NCBI GenBank assembly: GCA_963813075.1
Contig: CAWEXU010000027.1
Location: 1 to 58,590, forward strand
Length of the DNA: 58,590 bases
Origin: Methanotrichaceae archaeon
Lineage (GTDB): Archaea; Halobacteriota; Methanosarcinia; Methanotrichales; Methanotrichaceae
Direction of reading: 5' to 3'
The position numbers were made by a program, and so were the translations under genes. Positions 10,198 to 20,943 of the stretch are shown here, one piece after another; positions within the stretch are counted from its first letter, which is position 1; every line of letters begins with the position of its first letter. Under the pieces are notes generated by a model. It ran no database searches. It was given only the letters and a program-made list of their open reading frames with translations, and was not told the origin of the DNA.

Positions 10198-11064
10198 CTA
10201 TGGGTCGGTTGCTGTCACACCACCATTCTCGGCTCCCGGATTTTCATCAGAACATGTGGGCTTGCATTCTCCAGAGCAGCAATCCCAACCAGCTGGGCAG
10301 GCAATTCCACATTCTCCGCAGTTCTCCGCATCTTGCAAGATATTGACGCACTCACCCAGGTGCGGGCAGCATGTAACGCCCAACAAGGCTATACAGACTA
10401 CGCTGTCAGATACGCATTCACCATTCTCGCATCGATGATTGACTGTGCACAGGTCGCCGTCGTCCGGGCAGCCACCAGGACACTCTGAAACGGGATCGAA
10501 GGGCACACAGCTCTTGGTCACGCTGTCAAAGCACATTCCATCTCCGCATTGGCAGACCAGTGTCTCCTTGCTGTCTTCTGGAGAGCAGCCGCAGGCGCCT
10601 ATCAGGCAGGTGTCGGGAAAGTCCGTTGCAGAATTGCAGCACATCTCTTTGGTTACCGTTCCGCCTGATGCCAGGCAGGAGGCGTATTCCGGATAACAGA
10701 CTCCTTCAAAGCATGCACCATCACCGCATTCCGTGCCATCAGCTTTGGGCGTATGCAGACACTTGCCCCGGCTCCAGACATCCCTGGTGCAGGGATTTCC
10801 GTCACTGCAATTTATTCCTGGTGGAGTGCGCACGCATTTTCCACCCCTGCAGATATCGCCTTCTTCACATGTATTTTGGCATTTTCCGCAGTTGTTCGCA
10901 TCAGTCTGGACATTGACGCATTCTCCATCGCAGTTTATATAGCCATAAGGTCCCGTGCATCTTTGAGGGGTGTTTGGATTTTCTATGCAAAGACCGCCCG
11001 CCAGCAACAAAACAATCGACAGGCAAGTTATCGCCATAATGGAAGGTATTAATCTCAGACGCAT
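10198..11064 (-). CDS. Secreted cysteine-rich repeat protein (Stig1-like and CxDGNxCT repeats)
   Basis: N-terminal signal/TM segment; CVNVQTDANNCGKCQNTC and CVNILQDAENCGECGIAC; CSDGNPCTRD and CPDDGDLCTVNHRC. Confidence 0.8.
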   Translation of the reverse strand: MRLRLIPSIMAITCLSIVLLLAGGLCIENPNTPQRCTGPYGYINCDGECVNVQTDANNCGKCQNTCEEGDICRGGKCVRTPPGINCSDGNPCTRDVWSRGKCLHTPKADGTECGDGACFEGVCYPEYASCLASGGTVTKEMCCNSATDFPDTCLIGACGCSPEDSKETLVCQCGDGMCFDSVTKSCVPFDPVSECPGGCPDDGDLCTVNHRCENGECVSDSVVCIALLGVTCCPHLGECVNILQDAENCGECGIACPAGWDCCSGECKPTCSDENPGAENGGVTATDP

Positions 11065-11305
11065 AACCAATCATCTCCTCGGATATCTCCGCAGAAATTA
11101 CACCAAGCATATGACGCATCCTATACTAATAATCGATTGAACAAAAAATTATAAAAGATGGATTCGGAGGTCCACAGCAAAGACGGAGATATCGTACTCA
11201 TTTGCCAGAGATATCGATGGCATCCTCTTATGCCGCCCAGGTCAAGGACTCTTTTTCCTCTTTTGAGGTTCAATCAAGCTGGTCGCCATGATATTTATTC
11301 TAACC

Positions 11306-11503
11306 TTACTTTTGCCGGCTCATCAACTGATCGGCTGCCAGGAACAGCACCACCCCGGCACCGAGGAGCAGAAAAGCGAGCATCCACCAGGGCAGAAAGG
11401 TCACCACTATAATCCTGAGCCGGGAGAGGACAAACCATAAAACAAACAGGGCAGCGAATGCGAGCAATAAAGTGTTAAGACGCTCCTTTGTCCTATTGGT
11501 CAT
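11306..11503 (-). CDS. Small two-TM membrane protein
   Basis: MTNRTKERLNTLLLAF... two hydrophobic helices; directly downstream of the MATE gene. Confidence 0.65.
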   Translation of the reverse strand: MTNRTKERLNTLLLAFAALFVLWFVLSRLRIIVVTFLPWWMLAFLLLGAGVVLFLAADQLMSRQK

Positions 11504-11573
11504 ACCTGGCAGATCCGGTCCATCATATAAATAATTCTCTCCTGCATAAGGTCCTGAAGGTAAATGCAATCCG

Positions 11574-12980
11574 TTATCCTGTCCCTTTAACCTTCATCAA
11601 CCGGCTTATATAGAGCCGGGCCCATAAATAGCTCAAGAGGCTGCCTGCGATGTTTCCAAACACAATTCCCCACCAGATTCCTTCCTGACCTAGCCCCAGG
11701 ACCATTCCCAGGATATAGGCCACTCCTGTTATGAGGACCACATCTCTGAGTACATTGAGCAATAGAGAGGTGAGCCCTTTGCCTGCCCCCTGGAAGAGGC
11801 AGGCGGACATTATTCCCGGGGACATGAACGGATAGAACAGGCACATTACATGCATGAATGCCACCATCGTTCCGGCTAGGTGAGCGCTCTCGGGGGTATA
11901 GGTGAAAAACAGGGTTATCTGGGGGGCAAATATGCCGGTGATCAGGGCGGTTACCGTTCCAATGGCAAAGCCAAGCTTTGTGGAATAGTTATGAATTACC
12001 GGCAGATTTCCGTATTTTCTGGCACCGATTGCTGCTCCTGCGACCGAGATCTCTGCCGTGGCAATGGCGATCAGAGGAATGACGGCCATCATTATCACCC
12101 GCCAGCCTGCAGTATAAACGGCTACCGCGTCCGTCCCCGAGACCCGGACCAGCATGCTGTTGATGATGATGGCATCTATGGAGTAGAGGAGGAACTCGAC
12201 GCTGGCCGGAATCCCCACCCTGAGGATATCGATCATCACCTTTCTGCTGGGGACAAAGGCTTTCCTGGATATGGAGACGTATGTATCCCTCTTGATGATC
12301 AGCCAGTAGATCTGAACCCCGGAGACGATCATAAGAGAGATGACCGTGCCCCATGCCGCTCCAGCAATTCCCATCCCCATCCAGTAGATCAGAATGGGGT
12401 CCAGCACGGCATTGATCAGCGATCCCGCGCCCATGGCATACATGGTGCGCCTGGTATCCCCTTCACCTCTCAGGATGGCATAAGCGATGTTGTTGAAGAC
12501 CAGGAATATGGAGCCGAAAAAGACGATATTGCCGTACTCCATGGCCAGGCCAATAGAGTCTCCTGCACCCATTGCGATAAGGAGGGGCTCCAGGGTGATG
12601 AAAAGGCCCACAGTCAGTATCACTGAGACGGCTAAAACCAGCAGGAGGGCATGCATGGTGGTATTGTCCGCCCCCCTTTTGTCCTGTGCTCCTATCCGGC
12701 GGGAGATGGAGGAGGAGACCCCTGCCCCCAGGCCGTTGCTCAGACCAACCACCACCATGAATATGGGGCTCACAAATCCTACTGCCGCCAGGGCATCTGA
12801 TCCCAGGCCTGCCACCCAGATGGCGTTCACCAGATTGTAGGCGGCAAGGATCAGCATGGCGACGATCATAGGGCCGGAAAGCTTCAAGAGGGCCTTTTTC
12901 GGCTCTCCGATCAACAGGGAAACCCCTCGGGTTATCTCTTTTTGGGCCTCTTCCTCCCTCGGTTCCATTTCGTCGCTCAT
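11574..12980 (-). CDS. MATE family efflux transporter
   Basis: LGSDALAAVGFVSP, GLSNGLGAG, ILRGEGDT, NAVLDPILI, GIAGAAWGT motifs; about 12 TM segments. Confidence 0.95.
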   Translation of the reverse strand: MSDEMEPREEEAQKEITRGVSLLIGEPKKALLKLSGPMIVAMLILAAYNLVNAIWVAGLGSDALAAVGFVSPIFMVVVGLSNGLGAGVSSSISRRIGAQDKRGADNTTMHALLLVLAVSVILTVGLFITLEPLLIAMGAGDSIGLAMEYGNIVFFGSIFLVFNNIAYAILRGEGDTRRTMYAMGAGSLINAVLDPILIYWMGMGIAGAAWGTVISLMIVSGVQIYWLIIKRDTYVSISRKAFVPSRKVMIDILRVGIPASVEFLLYSIDAIIINSMLVRVSGTDAVAVYTAGWRVIMMAVIPLIAIATAEISVAGAAIGARKYGNLPVIHNYSTKLGFAIGTVTALITGIFAPQITLFFTYTPESAHLAGTMVAFMHVMCLFYPFMSPGIMSACLFQGAGKGLTSLLLNVLRDVVLITGVAYILGMVLGLGQEGIWWGIVFGNIAGSLLSYLWARLYISRLMKVKGTG

Positions 12981-13044
12981 CCGATCACAAAGGGCCCTTT
13001 GAATTCGCTGTCTTGAAATTGGAGATGCGACTGCCGTTCTCTTT

Positions 13045-15015
13045 TCAAGTCACCTTCATCTCCCTCTCCAGCCTGCGGACGGTATCCCGGAGCTGAATGG
13101 CCCTCTCGAACTCCAGCCTTTCTGCCGCTGCCATCATCTCCGCCTCCAGCTCGATGATCGCATTTGGAATATCCGATTTCGGAATATGTCTGGTGTCGGT
13201 GATCTCCACCACCTTTTCCCGGATGGGCTTTTTGATGGTCTGAGGGATGATGCCGTGTTTTTGGTTGTAGGCCATCTGCAGCGCTCTGCGCCTCTCTGTG
13301 GTCTCCAGTGCCTTCTTTATGGAGCCGGTCATCCGGTCTGCATATAGTACCACCCGCGAGTTGGCGTTCCTTGAGGCCCGGCCGATGGTCTGAATCAGGC
13401 TCTTCTCATCCCGGAGGAATCCCTCTTTGTCTGCGTCCAAAATTCCAATGAAGCCCACCTCGGGGATGTCCAGCCCCTCCCGGAGGAGGTTGATTCCCAC
13501 CAGGACATCGAATTTGCCCAGCCTCAGCTCACGGATGATCTCCGTCCTCTCCAGGGGCTGAATCTCTGAGTGCAGGTATCGGGCCCGAATATCATTCTGG
13601 CTCAGATAGTCGGTCAACTCCTCTGCCAGCCGTTTGGTGAGGGTGGTAACCAGTGCTCGATCACCTCTCAAGATCACCCCCGCGATCTCGGTCATCACAT
13701 CCTTCACCTGCCCGTCGATTGGTCGGACCTCCACCTCCGGGTCGAGAAGACCGGTGGGGCGGATGATCTGTTCCACCGGGGAATTGGAATGCTCCAGCTC
13801 GTAATCTCCTGGAGTGGCGGAGACGAATATCACATTTTTCATGAACCGCTCAAACTCCTCAAAATCGAGCGGCCGGTTGTCATAGCTGCTGGGCAGCCGG
13901 AAGCCGTAGTCCACCAGGTTCTTTTTGCGGGACCGGTCGCCTTTGTTCATAGCCCGGATCTGGGGGAGGGTCTGGTGGCTCTCGTCGATTATGAGCAGAA
14001 AGTCATCGGGAAAATAGTCGATCAAGCAGTATGGAGGCTCTCCAGGCTGGCGGCGGTCGAAATGGCGGGAATAGTTCTCAATTCCCTTGCAGCTTCCGGT
14101 CTCTTCGATCATCTCTATGTCATGCATTGTCCGCTGCCGGAGCCTATGGGCCTCGATCATCCCCAGCTCGGGAAGCCTCTCGTCCAGCTCCGCCTTTATG
14201 GATTCATTCGCCGATTTCAGCTCGTTCTCCGGTATGACATAATGCCTGGCCGGATAGACGAAGAAGTAATTCATATCCTCTACTCTCTTGCCGGTGATCC
14301 TGTCGACCTCAGAGATCCTCTCCACTGTATTTCCGAATAGCTCAATTCGAATGATGTTGTTGAAGTAGCCGGGGATGATATCGATGGTCTCGCCGTTCAC
14401 CCGGAAGCGTCCCGGCGAGAGGTCCAGGTCGGAGCGCTCATAGAGGATGTCCACCAGCCTCCCCAGGATATCCTTTCTGGAGATCCTGTCACCCACCTTC
14501 AGCTCAAACCCCATGCTCTGGAAGTTCTCGGGATTGCCCAGGCCGTAGATGCAGGAGACAGAGGCCACTACGATCACATCCCGGCGGGAGAGGAGGGAGG
14601 CGGTGGTGGCCAGCCTCATCTGCTCTATTTTGGGATTGATAAGCGAGTCCTTCTCTATGTACTGATCCTTTGAGGGGATGTACGACTCCGGCTGATAATA
14701 ATCATAATAGGAGATGAAATATTCAACCCGGTTGTCCGGGAAGAACTCTTTGAACTCATTGTAAAGTTGCTCCGCCAGGGTCTTGTTATGGGCGATAACC
14801 AGGGTGGGCTTCTGAACCCGGGAAATGACATTGGCCGCCGTATAGGTCTTGCCTGAGCCCGTGACCCCGATCAGGGTTTGGAACCTCTCATTCCTTTCCA
14901 GACCCCTGACCAGCTGATCTATGGCCTCCGGCTGGGAGCCGCAGGGAGCAAAGCTGGATTGGAGGCGGAACTGCTGCTCGTGCGGAGGGTGCCGGGATGA
15001 AGAATCTTTTGCCAT
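13045..15015 (-). CDS. uvrB: Excinuclease ABC subunit B
   Basis: GVTGSGKT, ISYYDYYQPESY, DESHQT, GINLLREGLDIPEV, C-terminal LEFERAIQLRD. Confidence 0.98.
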   Translation of the reverse strand: MAKDSSSRHPPHEQQFRLQSSFAPCGSQPEAIDQLVRGLERNERFQTLIGVTGSGKTYTAANVISRVQKPTLVIAHNKTLAEQLYNEFKEFFPDNRVEYFISYYDYYQPESYIPSKDQYIEKDSLINPKIEQMRLATTASLLSRRDVIVVASVSCIYGLGNPENFQSMGFELKVGDRISRKDILGRLVDILYERSDLDLSPGRFRVNGETIDIIPGYFNNIIRIELFGNTVERISEVDRITGKRVEDMNYFFVYPARHYVIPENELKSANESIKAELDERLPELGMIEAHRLRQRTMHDIEMIEETGSCKGIENYSRHFDRRQPGEPPYCLIDYFPDDFLLIIDESHQTLPQIRAMNKGDRSRKKNLVDYGFRLPSSYDNRPLDFEEFERFMKNVIFVSATPGDYELEHSNSPVEQIIRPTGLLDPEVEVRPIDGQVKDVMTEIAGVILRGDRALVTTLTKRLAEELTDYLSQNDIRARYLHSEIQPLERTEIIRELRLGKFDVLVGINLLREGLDIPEVGFIGILDADKEGFLRDEKSLIQTIGRASRNANSRVVLYADRMTGSIKKALETTERRRALQMAYNQKHGIIPQTIKKPIREKVVEITDTRHIPKSDIPNAIIELEAEMMAAAERLEFERAIQLRDTVRRLEREMKVT

Positions 15016-15107
15016 GCTCGAATAGCAGTGGCATAATCCTTGGTGCTAATAGCCTTTGCCCTGCACTGCACAATGGATAAATAATCCGGAGATAGTGGTT
15101 AAGGGGG

Positions 15108-15794
15108 ATGAAATCTGAAACCACTGGAGAACTGAAAAAAAAGAGGGCAAAGAATGAGCCCCTCTCGGTGCAGGAACTTTTAGAGCTCTACGATCCAATA
15201 AAAGAGCAGATAGAGAAAAGATTAGCCGAGTTTCAGCATATCTGGAAGGCGGCCAGCGATGAGGACCTCTTCCGGGAGCTGGTCTTCTGTCTTCTCACCC
15301 CTCAGTCCAAGGCCAGAGTATGCTGGAGGGCGGTGCAGAGGCTGGAGAGAAAGTGCCTCATTGCTTCTGGAGAGCCCTGCCAGGTTCAAGAGGAGCTGGT
15401 GGGGGTGAGGTTCAACCAGCGGAAGGCGGAGTATGTTTGCCTTGCCCGGTCCATGTTCTGCCATCGATCCCTTCGCACCACTCTGGCCGGATTTTCCAGC
15501 CATGCCGCTGCCCGGGAGTGGCTGGTGGAGAACGTCAAAGGACTTGGCTATAAGGAGGCCAGCCATTTCTTGAGGAATATCGGTCTGGGAGAGGATCTGG
15601 CCATCCTTGACCGGCATATCCTCAAGAACCTGGCCCTGCTGGGAGTGATAGCAATGGTTCCAGAATCGCCCACCAAGAGGCTTTACCTTGAGATCGAGAA
15701 GCAGATGACTGTCTTCTCTTCCCAGGCAGGAATTCCCATGGGCCAGCTTGATCTATTGCTCTGGTACAAAGAAGCGGGAGAGATATTTAAATAA
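15108..15794 (+). CDS. ogg: 8-oxoguanine N-glycosylase/DNA lyase
   Basis: FRELVFCLLTPQS and HhH motif VKGLGYKEASHFLRNIG...AILDRHIL. Confidence 0.93.
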   Translation: MKSETTGELKKKRAKNEPLSVQELLELYDPIKEQIEKRLAEFQHIWKAASDEDLFRELVFCLLTPQSKARVCWRAVQRLERKCLIASGEPCQVQEELVGVRFNQRKAEYVCLARSMFCHRSLRTTLAGFSSHAAAREWLVENVKGLGYKEASHFLRNIGLGEDLAILDRHILKNLALLGVIAMVPESPTKRLYLEIEKQMTVFSSQAGIPMGQLDLLLWYKEAGEIFK

Positions 15795-15809
15795 ATAAAA
15801 ATTCTTCTA

Positions 15810-16646
15810 TCAGATGATCCCTTTTTCTATCAGGGCAGAACGCAATCTTTCAACCTCAGATTCCAGCTTTTCGAATCTTTGATCCAGATATCCTTTGAAA
15901 TCCTTTCTGGAGTCTTTTACCTCTTCTTTCAGCTCTTCTTCGACCTCCAGACTATCTCTCTGGAGCTGGATCATGCTGTCCATCTTGCCGCTCATCTCGC
16001 CCTGCGCCATGATCATAGTGTCCATCTTGCCGCTCATCTCGCCCTGCGCCATGATCATAGTGTCCATCTTGCCGCTCATCTCGCCCTGCGCCATGATCAT
16101 AGTGTCCATCTTTCCACCCAGGTTCCTGCTCATCTCACCCTGTGCCTGGATCATGGTGTCCATCTTTCCACCCAGGTTCCTGCTCATCTCACCCTGTGCC
16201 TGGATCATGGTGTCCATCTTTCCACCCAGGTTCCTGCTCATCTCACCCTGTGCCTGGATCATGGTGTCCATCTTTTGGCCTAAATTATCGTTCAATTTGT
16301 TCACGGCAGCAATCAGGTCTTTAAGATATACCGCAGCAGCATCCAGCCTGGAGTCGGTCTCGCCCTTTTCCACGAGCTTATAGAATTTTGCGAATTCCCC
16401 TTTTGGCTCTGAATACTCCATCTCAATGGCCGAGACATTGATCATGGTATTCTTGATATCAATGGCCTCTTCAAACCACTTCAGCTTTTCACTATCGCCT
16501 TCGGCCACTATCTTGACCCGGCCGTCATCCAGGTTCTCAACCGTGCCGGTCAATATCAGCGCTTTGGCAAGATCGACCATTCTGGCACGATATCCAACCT
16601 TTTGCACCGTACCTGAGACGTAGGCCACAAGCCTCTTTTTCATCAT
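15810..16646 (-). CDS. Acylphosphatase with a repeat-containing coiled-coil C-terminal extension
   Basis: VSGTVQKVGYR...GTVENLDDGRVKIVAEG with the catalytic Arg and Asn. Confidence 0.88.
   Translation of the reverse strand: MMKKRLVAYVSGTVQKVGYRARMVDLAKALILTGTVENLDDGRVKIVAEGDSEKLKWFEEAIDIKNTMINVSAIEMEYSEPKGEFAKFYKLVEKGETDSRLDAAAVYLKDLIAAVNKLNDNLGQKMDTMIQAQGEMSRNLGGKMDTMIQAQGEMSRNLGGKMDTMIQAQGEMSRNLGGKMDTMIMAQGEMSGKMDTMIMAQGEMSGKMDTMIMAQGEMSGKMDSMIQLQRDSLEVEEELKEEVKDSRKDFKGYLDQRFEKLESEVERLRSALIEKGII
15979..16266. repeat. Intragenic tandem repeats: 3 x 42 bp (15979-16104) and 3 x 54 bp (16105-16266)
   Basis: Perfect copies encoding MDTMIMAQGEMSGK and MDTMIQAQGEMSRNLGGK. Confidence 0.95.
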
Positions 16647-16700
16647 TCTACAGGACTGACCTCTTTGTATATGGCTCTGTCGATTTCCAAAACTCTATGT

Positions 16701-17384
16701 TCAAATATCTCTGGACAGTCGCGATAGCCTATTTATCATCCATTTGGTCATGAACCCGACTAAAAAGCAGATGAACATTATGCTGAAGGCTCCATTTCCG
16801 ATATCATCATTCAACGCTATCAGTCCAGAGCTTGATATCAGATAGGCCATATAGCCGAAGACCATGCTGAGCAGGGGCAGGGCCATATACCAGAGCCTCC
16901 TGTATCGTGTGGCCAGGCCGTAGCGGCGCAGGTCGTCTGCCACCCCGGTGAGTATCTGAGCTGATGCCCCCAGGCCGGCGAAGAATGAGGACCAGAGAGG
17001 GACGTCAAGAAGCTTCGCCCCGGGAAACTCGTAGATCAGCAGGCTGAAGAGGATGATGGCCAGGGTGGCAAATAGTATGGCATAAAGGCCGTAGAGCTGG
17101 AAGAAGTAGGAGATGGTCCTTAAGCTATGGAACCTGGAGCCTCTGATATTGATCTTGGCCTCATTGACCGCACTTGTGAGCTCGTAGTTCGCCCGGTCGC
17201 AATAGAGGAATGAGTCGGATAGGTTCTCCTTGTTGAACTCCTTTAAGGCCAGGACATAGAAGTCATAGCCATCTCTTATGTCTATGGAGCTTCTATGAGC
17301 GGCCTGAAGCATCCGGTCAAGCCTCTTAAGGTCTATCTCCAGATCGGAGGATGACTGGGGGATGGAGCAGGATTTGGAGTTCAC
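16701..17384 (-). CDS. Hypothetical multi-pass membrane protein
   Basis: Soluble helical N-terminus plus about four TM segments; host-like codon usage. Confidence 0.75.
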   Translation of the reverse strand: MNSKSCSIPQSSSDLEIDLKRLDRMLQAAHRSSIDIRDGYDFYVLALKEFNKENLSDSFLYCDRANYELTSAVNEAKINIRGSRFHSLRTISYFFQLYGLYAILFATLAIILFSLLIYEFPGAKLLDVPLWSSFFAGLGASAQILTGVADDLRRYGLATRYRRLWYMALPLLSMVFGYMAYLISSSGLIALNDDIGNGAFSIMFICFLVGFMTKWMINRLSRLSRDI

Positions 17385-18136
17385 ATCATAATAACTTACT
17401 AAATTAATATATATAGTTTTGTGTGGCAGCGACTTTGTAACATAATTAAAATAATTTTAGAAGATTTGAATTTAAGAGCGCAGACAAATAGCTCGGTTAT
17501 ATTCTGATAAGTCTCTTCGGTGGCAGATTATTAAATATAGTATATTTTTCATAAAATAGGACTGTTGTATCGAATAAAGGAGCGTTATTTGATATGTTCT
17601 TCCTATAAAATATTTTAGTATTATTTCGTTTTTGTCATCACACCACATTTTGGTCATCATATCGTATTATTCTCATCCAACCATTGCAAACCTCCTGGCA
17701 TTTCTTATCTGTTGCATTATCTTTCGTTTGAATGAGCCCTTGTGCCTTCCAACGTCTGAAGGGATGGCCATTCGGTCAGGTATTGCGATCTGATGCAATT
17801 CATCGATAATGCTCTCCGCTATGAGACAACACTCATCTGTTCCCTGATTGGATCGGTCAGACCTATCTTTGTTTATTTTCTTCATAAGTATTAATTGTAC
17901 ATCTTCCTTAAAAAATTTTCCCTGTATGGAATCTGGAATACTTTTCATAAAAAGTATCTGAATTACTGGGGGCCAGGACAAAATTAAATCAAAACGATTG
18001 AGAGTGGCATTGAAAGCGGATGTGCCCGCCCTGCCAGATGAAAACCCTCCCCTCCATTTGATGTGGTTTCCCTCAGGTCGACTGATTTATCCTCCTCTGC
18101 GGTCATGCTTAATACCTCAAAGGACAACTGTATTCC

Positions 18137-18700
18137 ATGCTTGAAGATCAAATCTTCTGCCCGGCCTGCGGGACGGATACCGACCACACCCTGATCAAAT
18201 CCGGACAGGAGAACCTGGTGCGCTGCGATGAATGCCAGACGGTCCATTCCGTTGAGGTGAGACGGGAGCGTTTGGTCGACCTCAAAGTGATCGTCAACAA
18301 GGATGAGCAATCCCTGCCCTATTACATCACCATCCCGGCAAAGGAGGTGTTGAACGTCGGAGATGAGCTCTTGGTGGACGATCCGACGAAGGACGTGGTG
18401 ATGACCCAGATCGCGTCTTTAGAGACGGATCGCCGGGTCAGGAGCGCCCCTGCCGGGGAGGTTAAGACCGTTTGGGCAAGGGGTACGGACGAGGTACCCC
18501 TGAGGATAACTGTCTTTCGTGCGGGCAAGAGCCACCCCCTTAAGATCACAGTTCCCGGAGATGAGGTATTTGAGGTGGGCGAGAAGAGGAGGGTGGAGAA
18601 CTTCCAGTTCATCATAGTCAAGATCAAGCTGCGAGGAGAGGGTTTTGCTGATTCGGCGGAGGCGAAAGAAATCGTCCGGGTTTGGGGGCGAGAGATCTGA
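18137..18700 (+). CDS. Archaeal zinc-ribbon protein (HVO_0476 family)
   Basis: FCPACG...LVRCDECQTVH, then VGDELLVD and EIVRVWG; upstream of pcm as usual for this family. Confidence 0.85.
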   Translation: MLEDQIFCPACGTDTDHTLIKSGQENLVRCDECQTVHSVEVRRERLVDLKVIVNKDEQSLPYYITIPAKEVLNVGDELLVDDPTKDVVMTQIASLETDRRVRSAPAGEVKTVWARGTDEVPLRITVFRAGKSHPLKITVPGDEVFEVGEKRRVENFQFIIVKIKLRGEGFADSAEAKEIVRVWGREI

Positions 18701-18702
18701 AT

Positions 18703-19338
18703 ATGGACCCAAAAAACAGGCTTCTTGACGGCATGCGGGGCAGGGTAAACGAATCGGTCCTGGCAGCCATGCGCAGCGTTCCACGAGAGCTATTCGTCCC
18801 CTCGCAGCTTCGAGATCGGGCTTATGAGGACCTTCCTCTGCCCATAGGACTGGGCCAGACCATCTCCGCCCCCCATATGGTGGCCATAATGTGCGATCTT
18901 CTTGATGTCAGGCCAGGAATGAAGATCCTGGAGGTGGGCGGGGGAAGCGGCTACCATGCGGCTGTGCTGGCGGTCCTGGCCGGCCCCGAGGGCCAGGTCT
19001 ACTCGGTGGAGAGGATGCCGGATCTCGCTGATGCTGCCAGACAAAATCTGCAGGCGGCGGGAATTGAAGGCGTCACGGTGGTGGAGGGCGACGGCAGCCT
19101 GGGGCTTCCCGAGCATGCTCCCTACGACAGGATTAGCGTTGCGGCAGCAGCTCCCAGGATTCCCGAGCCCTTAACTGAGCAGCTCCGGGTGGGGGGAAAG
19201 CTGATCCTTCCGGTGGGAGGAGGCTCCCAGGAGCTGATCCTGGTCACCAGAAAGAATGGTTTATTGGTCGAGGAGAAGATGGGGGTGGTCTTCGTCCCCC
19301 TCATCGGCAAAGAGGGGTTCGGAGAACGGCAGATTTGA
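18703..19338 (+). CDS. pcm: Protein-L-isoaspartate O-methyltransferase
   Basis: VPRELFVP, GQTISAPHMVA, LEVGGGSGYHAA, APYDRISV, VVFVPLIG. Confidence 0.95.
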   Translation: MDPKNRLLDGMRGRVNESVLAAMRSVPRELFVPSQLRDRAYEDLPLPIGLGQTISAPHMVAIMCDLLDVRPGMKILEVGGGSGYHAAVLAVLAGPEGQVYSVERMPDLADAARQNLQAAGIEGVTVVEGDGSLGLPEHAPYDRISVAAAAPRIPEPLTEQLRVGGKLILPVGGGSQELILVTRKNGLLVEEKMGVVFVPLIGKEGFGERQI

Positions 19339-19368
19339 TATATTCGGCGGAATGATCAATCAGGCAAG

Positions 19369-20900
19369 ATGAGGCCAATAGCGATAATAATCATGGACGG
19401 CTTCGGCATAAGCCCCATCCTGGATGCAAATGCCATTGCTCATGCCCGTAAACCCAACCTGGAGCGATTGTGGAAGGAATATCCCACCACCACCCTCAAG
19501 GCCTCCGGCCTGGCGGTGGGACTGCCCCGGGGCCAGATGGGAAACTCCGAGGTGGGGCACCTCAACCTGGGCGGGGGAAGGATCGTCTATCAGGAGCTGA
19601 CCAGGATCAGCCTGGCGGTGGAGAAGGGCACATTTGGGAGTAATCCCGTCTCTGCAGGAGGCGATGAAGCCGGGCCAAGAATGGAGGCAGAAAGCTTCAC
19701 CTGATCGGTCTTCTCTCCGACGGCGGTGTGCACAGCCACATCACTCACCTTTATGCCCTGCTGGAGATGGCAAAGTCCATGGACCTCTCCCGGGTATTTG
19801 TGCATGCCATTTTGGATGGCCGGGATGTGCCGCCCCGCAGCGCTCTTGGCTTTTTCCGGGATCTAGAAGAGAAGTTCATTCAGATAGGCACGGGCAGGAC
19901 GGCCACGGTGAGCGGCCGCTACTATACCATGGACAGGGACCGCCGCTGGGAGAGGGTAGAGAAGGCCTACCGCTGCCTGGTGTATGGCGAGGGTATGCGG
20001 GCGAAGAGCGCAGAAGAGGCGGTGCAGTCGGGGTATGACCGTGGGGAGAACGACGAGTTCATCCTGCCCACAGTGGTGGATGAAATGGGTTTGGTGGAGG
20101 ATGGGGATAGCATCATCTTCTTCAACTTCCGGCCGGACAGGGCGCGAGAGATAGCCCGCGCTTTTGTGGATCGGGATTTTTGCGAGTTTGCCACCAAATC
20201 GATCCGGGTCCATTACACCTGCATGACCCAGTATGATGCCACCCTGAACGCTCCAGTGGCCTTCCCGCCGGAGGACCTCACTGACACCTTAGGAGAGGTG
20301 GTCAGCCGGGCAAAATTGATGCAGTTGAGGATAGCGGAGACAGAGAAGTATGCTCATGTCACCTACTTTTTCAATGGGGGAAAGGAAGCGGTCAATCCGG
20401 GGGAGGATCGGGTGCTGATACCCTCGCCGAAAGTGGCAACCTACGACCTGCAGCCCGAGATGAGCGCCTATGAGGTCAGAGATGAGCTTCTTGCCCGTCT
20501 CGATTCCGGCCGGTATGATTTGGTCGTCCTCAATTTCGCCAATCCGGATATGGTCGGCCATACGGGCATCTTTGAGGCGGCGGTGAAGGCGGTGGAGGTG
20601 GTGGACGGCTGTGTGGGTGAGATTGTGGACCGGATACTGAGCCTGGGCGGAGCGGTCCTTCTCACCGCTGACCACGGCAATGCAGAGAAGATGAGGGATT
20701 CTGATACCGATCAGCCCCATACCGCCCATACCACCAATCCAGTGCCATTCACCTTAATCACCTCTGACCGGAAAAGCTACCCGCTTCGAGAGGACGGAAT
20801 TTTGGCTGACGTGGCACCGACAGTACTGCAGCTCATGCATATTCCCCAGCCCGAGGCCATGACCGGAAGGACTCTCATAAATCTCAGAAGCATTTTATAG
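19369..20900 (+). CDS. gpmI: 2,3-bisphosphoglycerate-independent phosphoglycerate mutase (frameshifted ~19650-19700)
   Basis: [52 protein letters not shown] across two frames. Confidence 0.95.
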
Positions 20901-20943
20901 CTTGCAATGATTGTTATTACCGGTTTAGAGAAGGGATAAAGAG

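Noticed and set aside
11880..14340. Long opposite-strand ORFs (e.g. 11880-12626, 13570-14340)
   Set aside because: Antisense shadows of GC-rich MATE and uvrB coding sequence with no independent protein features.
17400..17990. AT-rich tract with ORFs 17472-17660 and 17673-17981
   Set aside because: No recognisable motifs, repeats or element ends, so no call can be supported.
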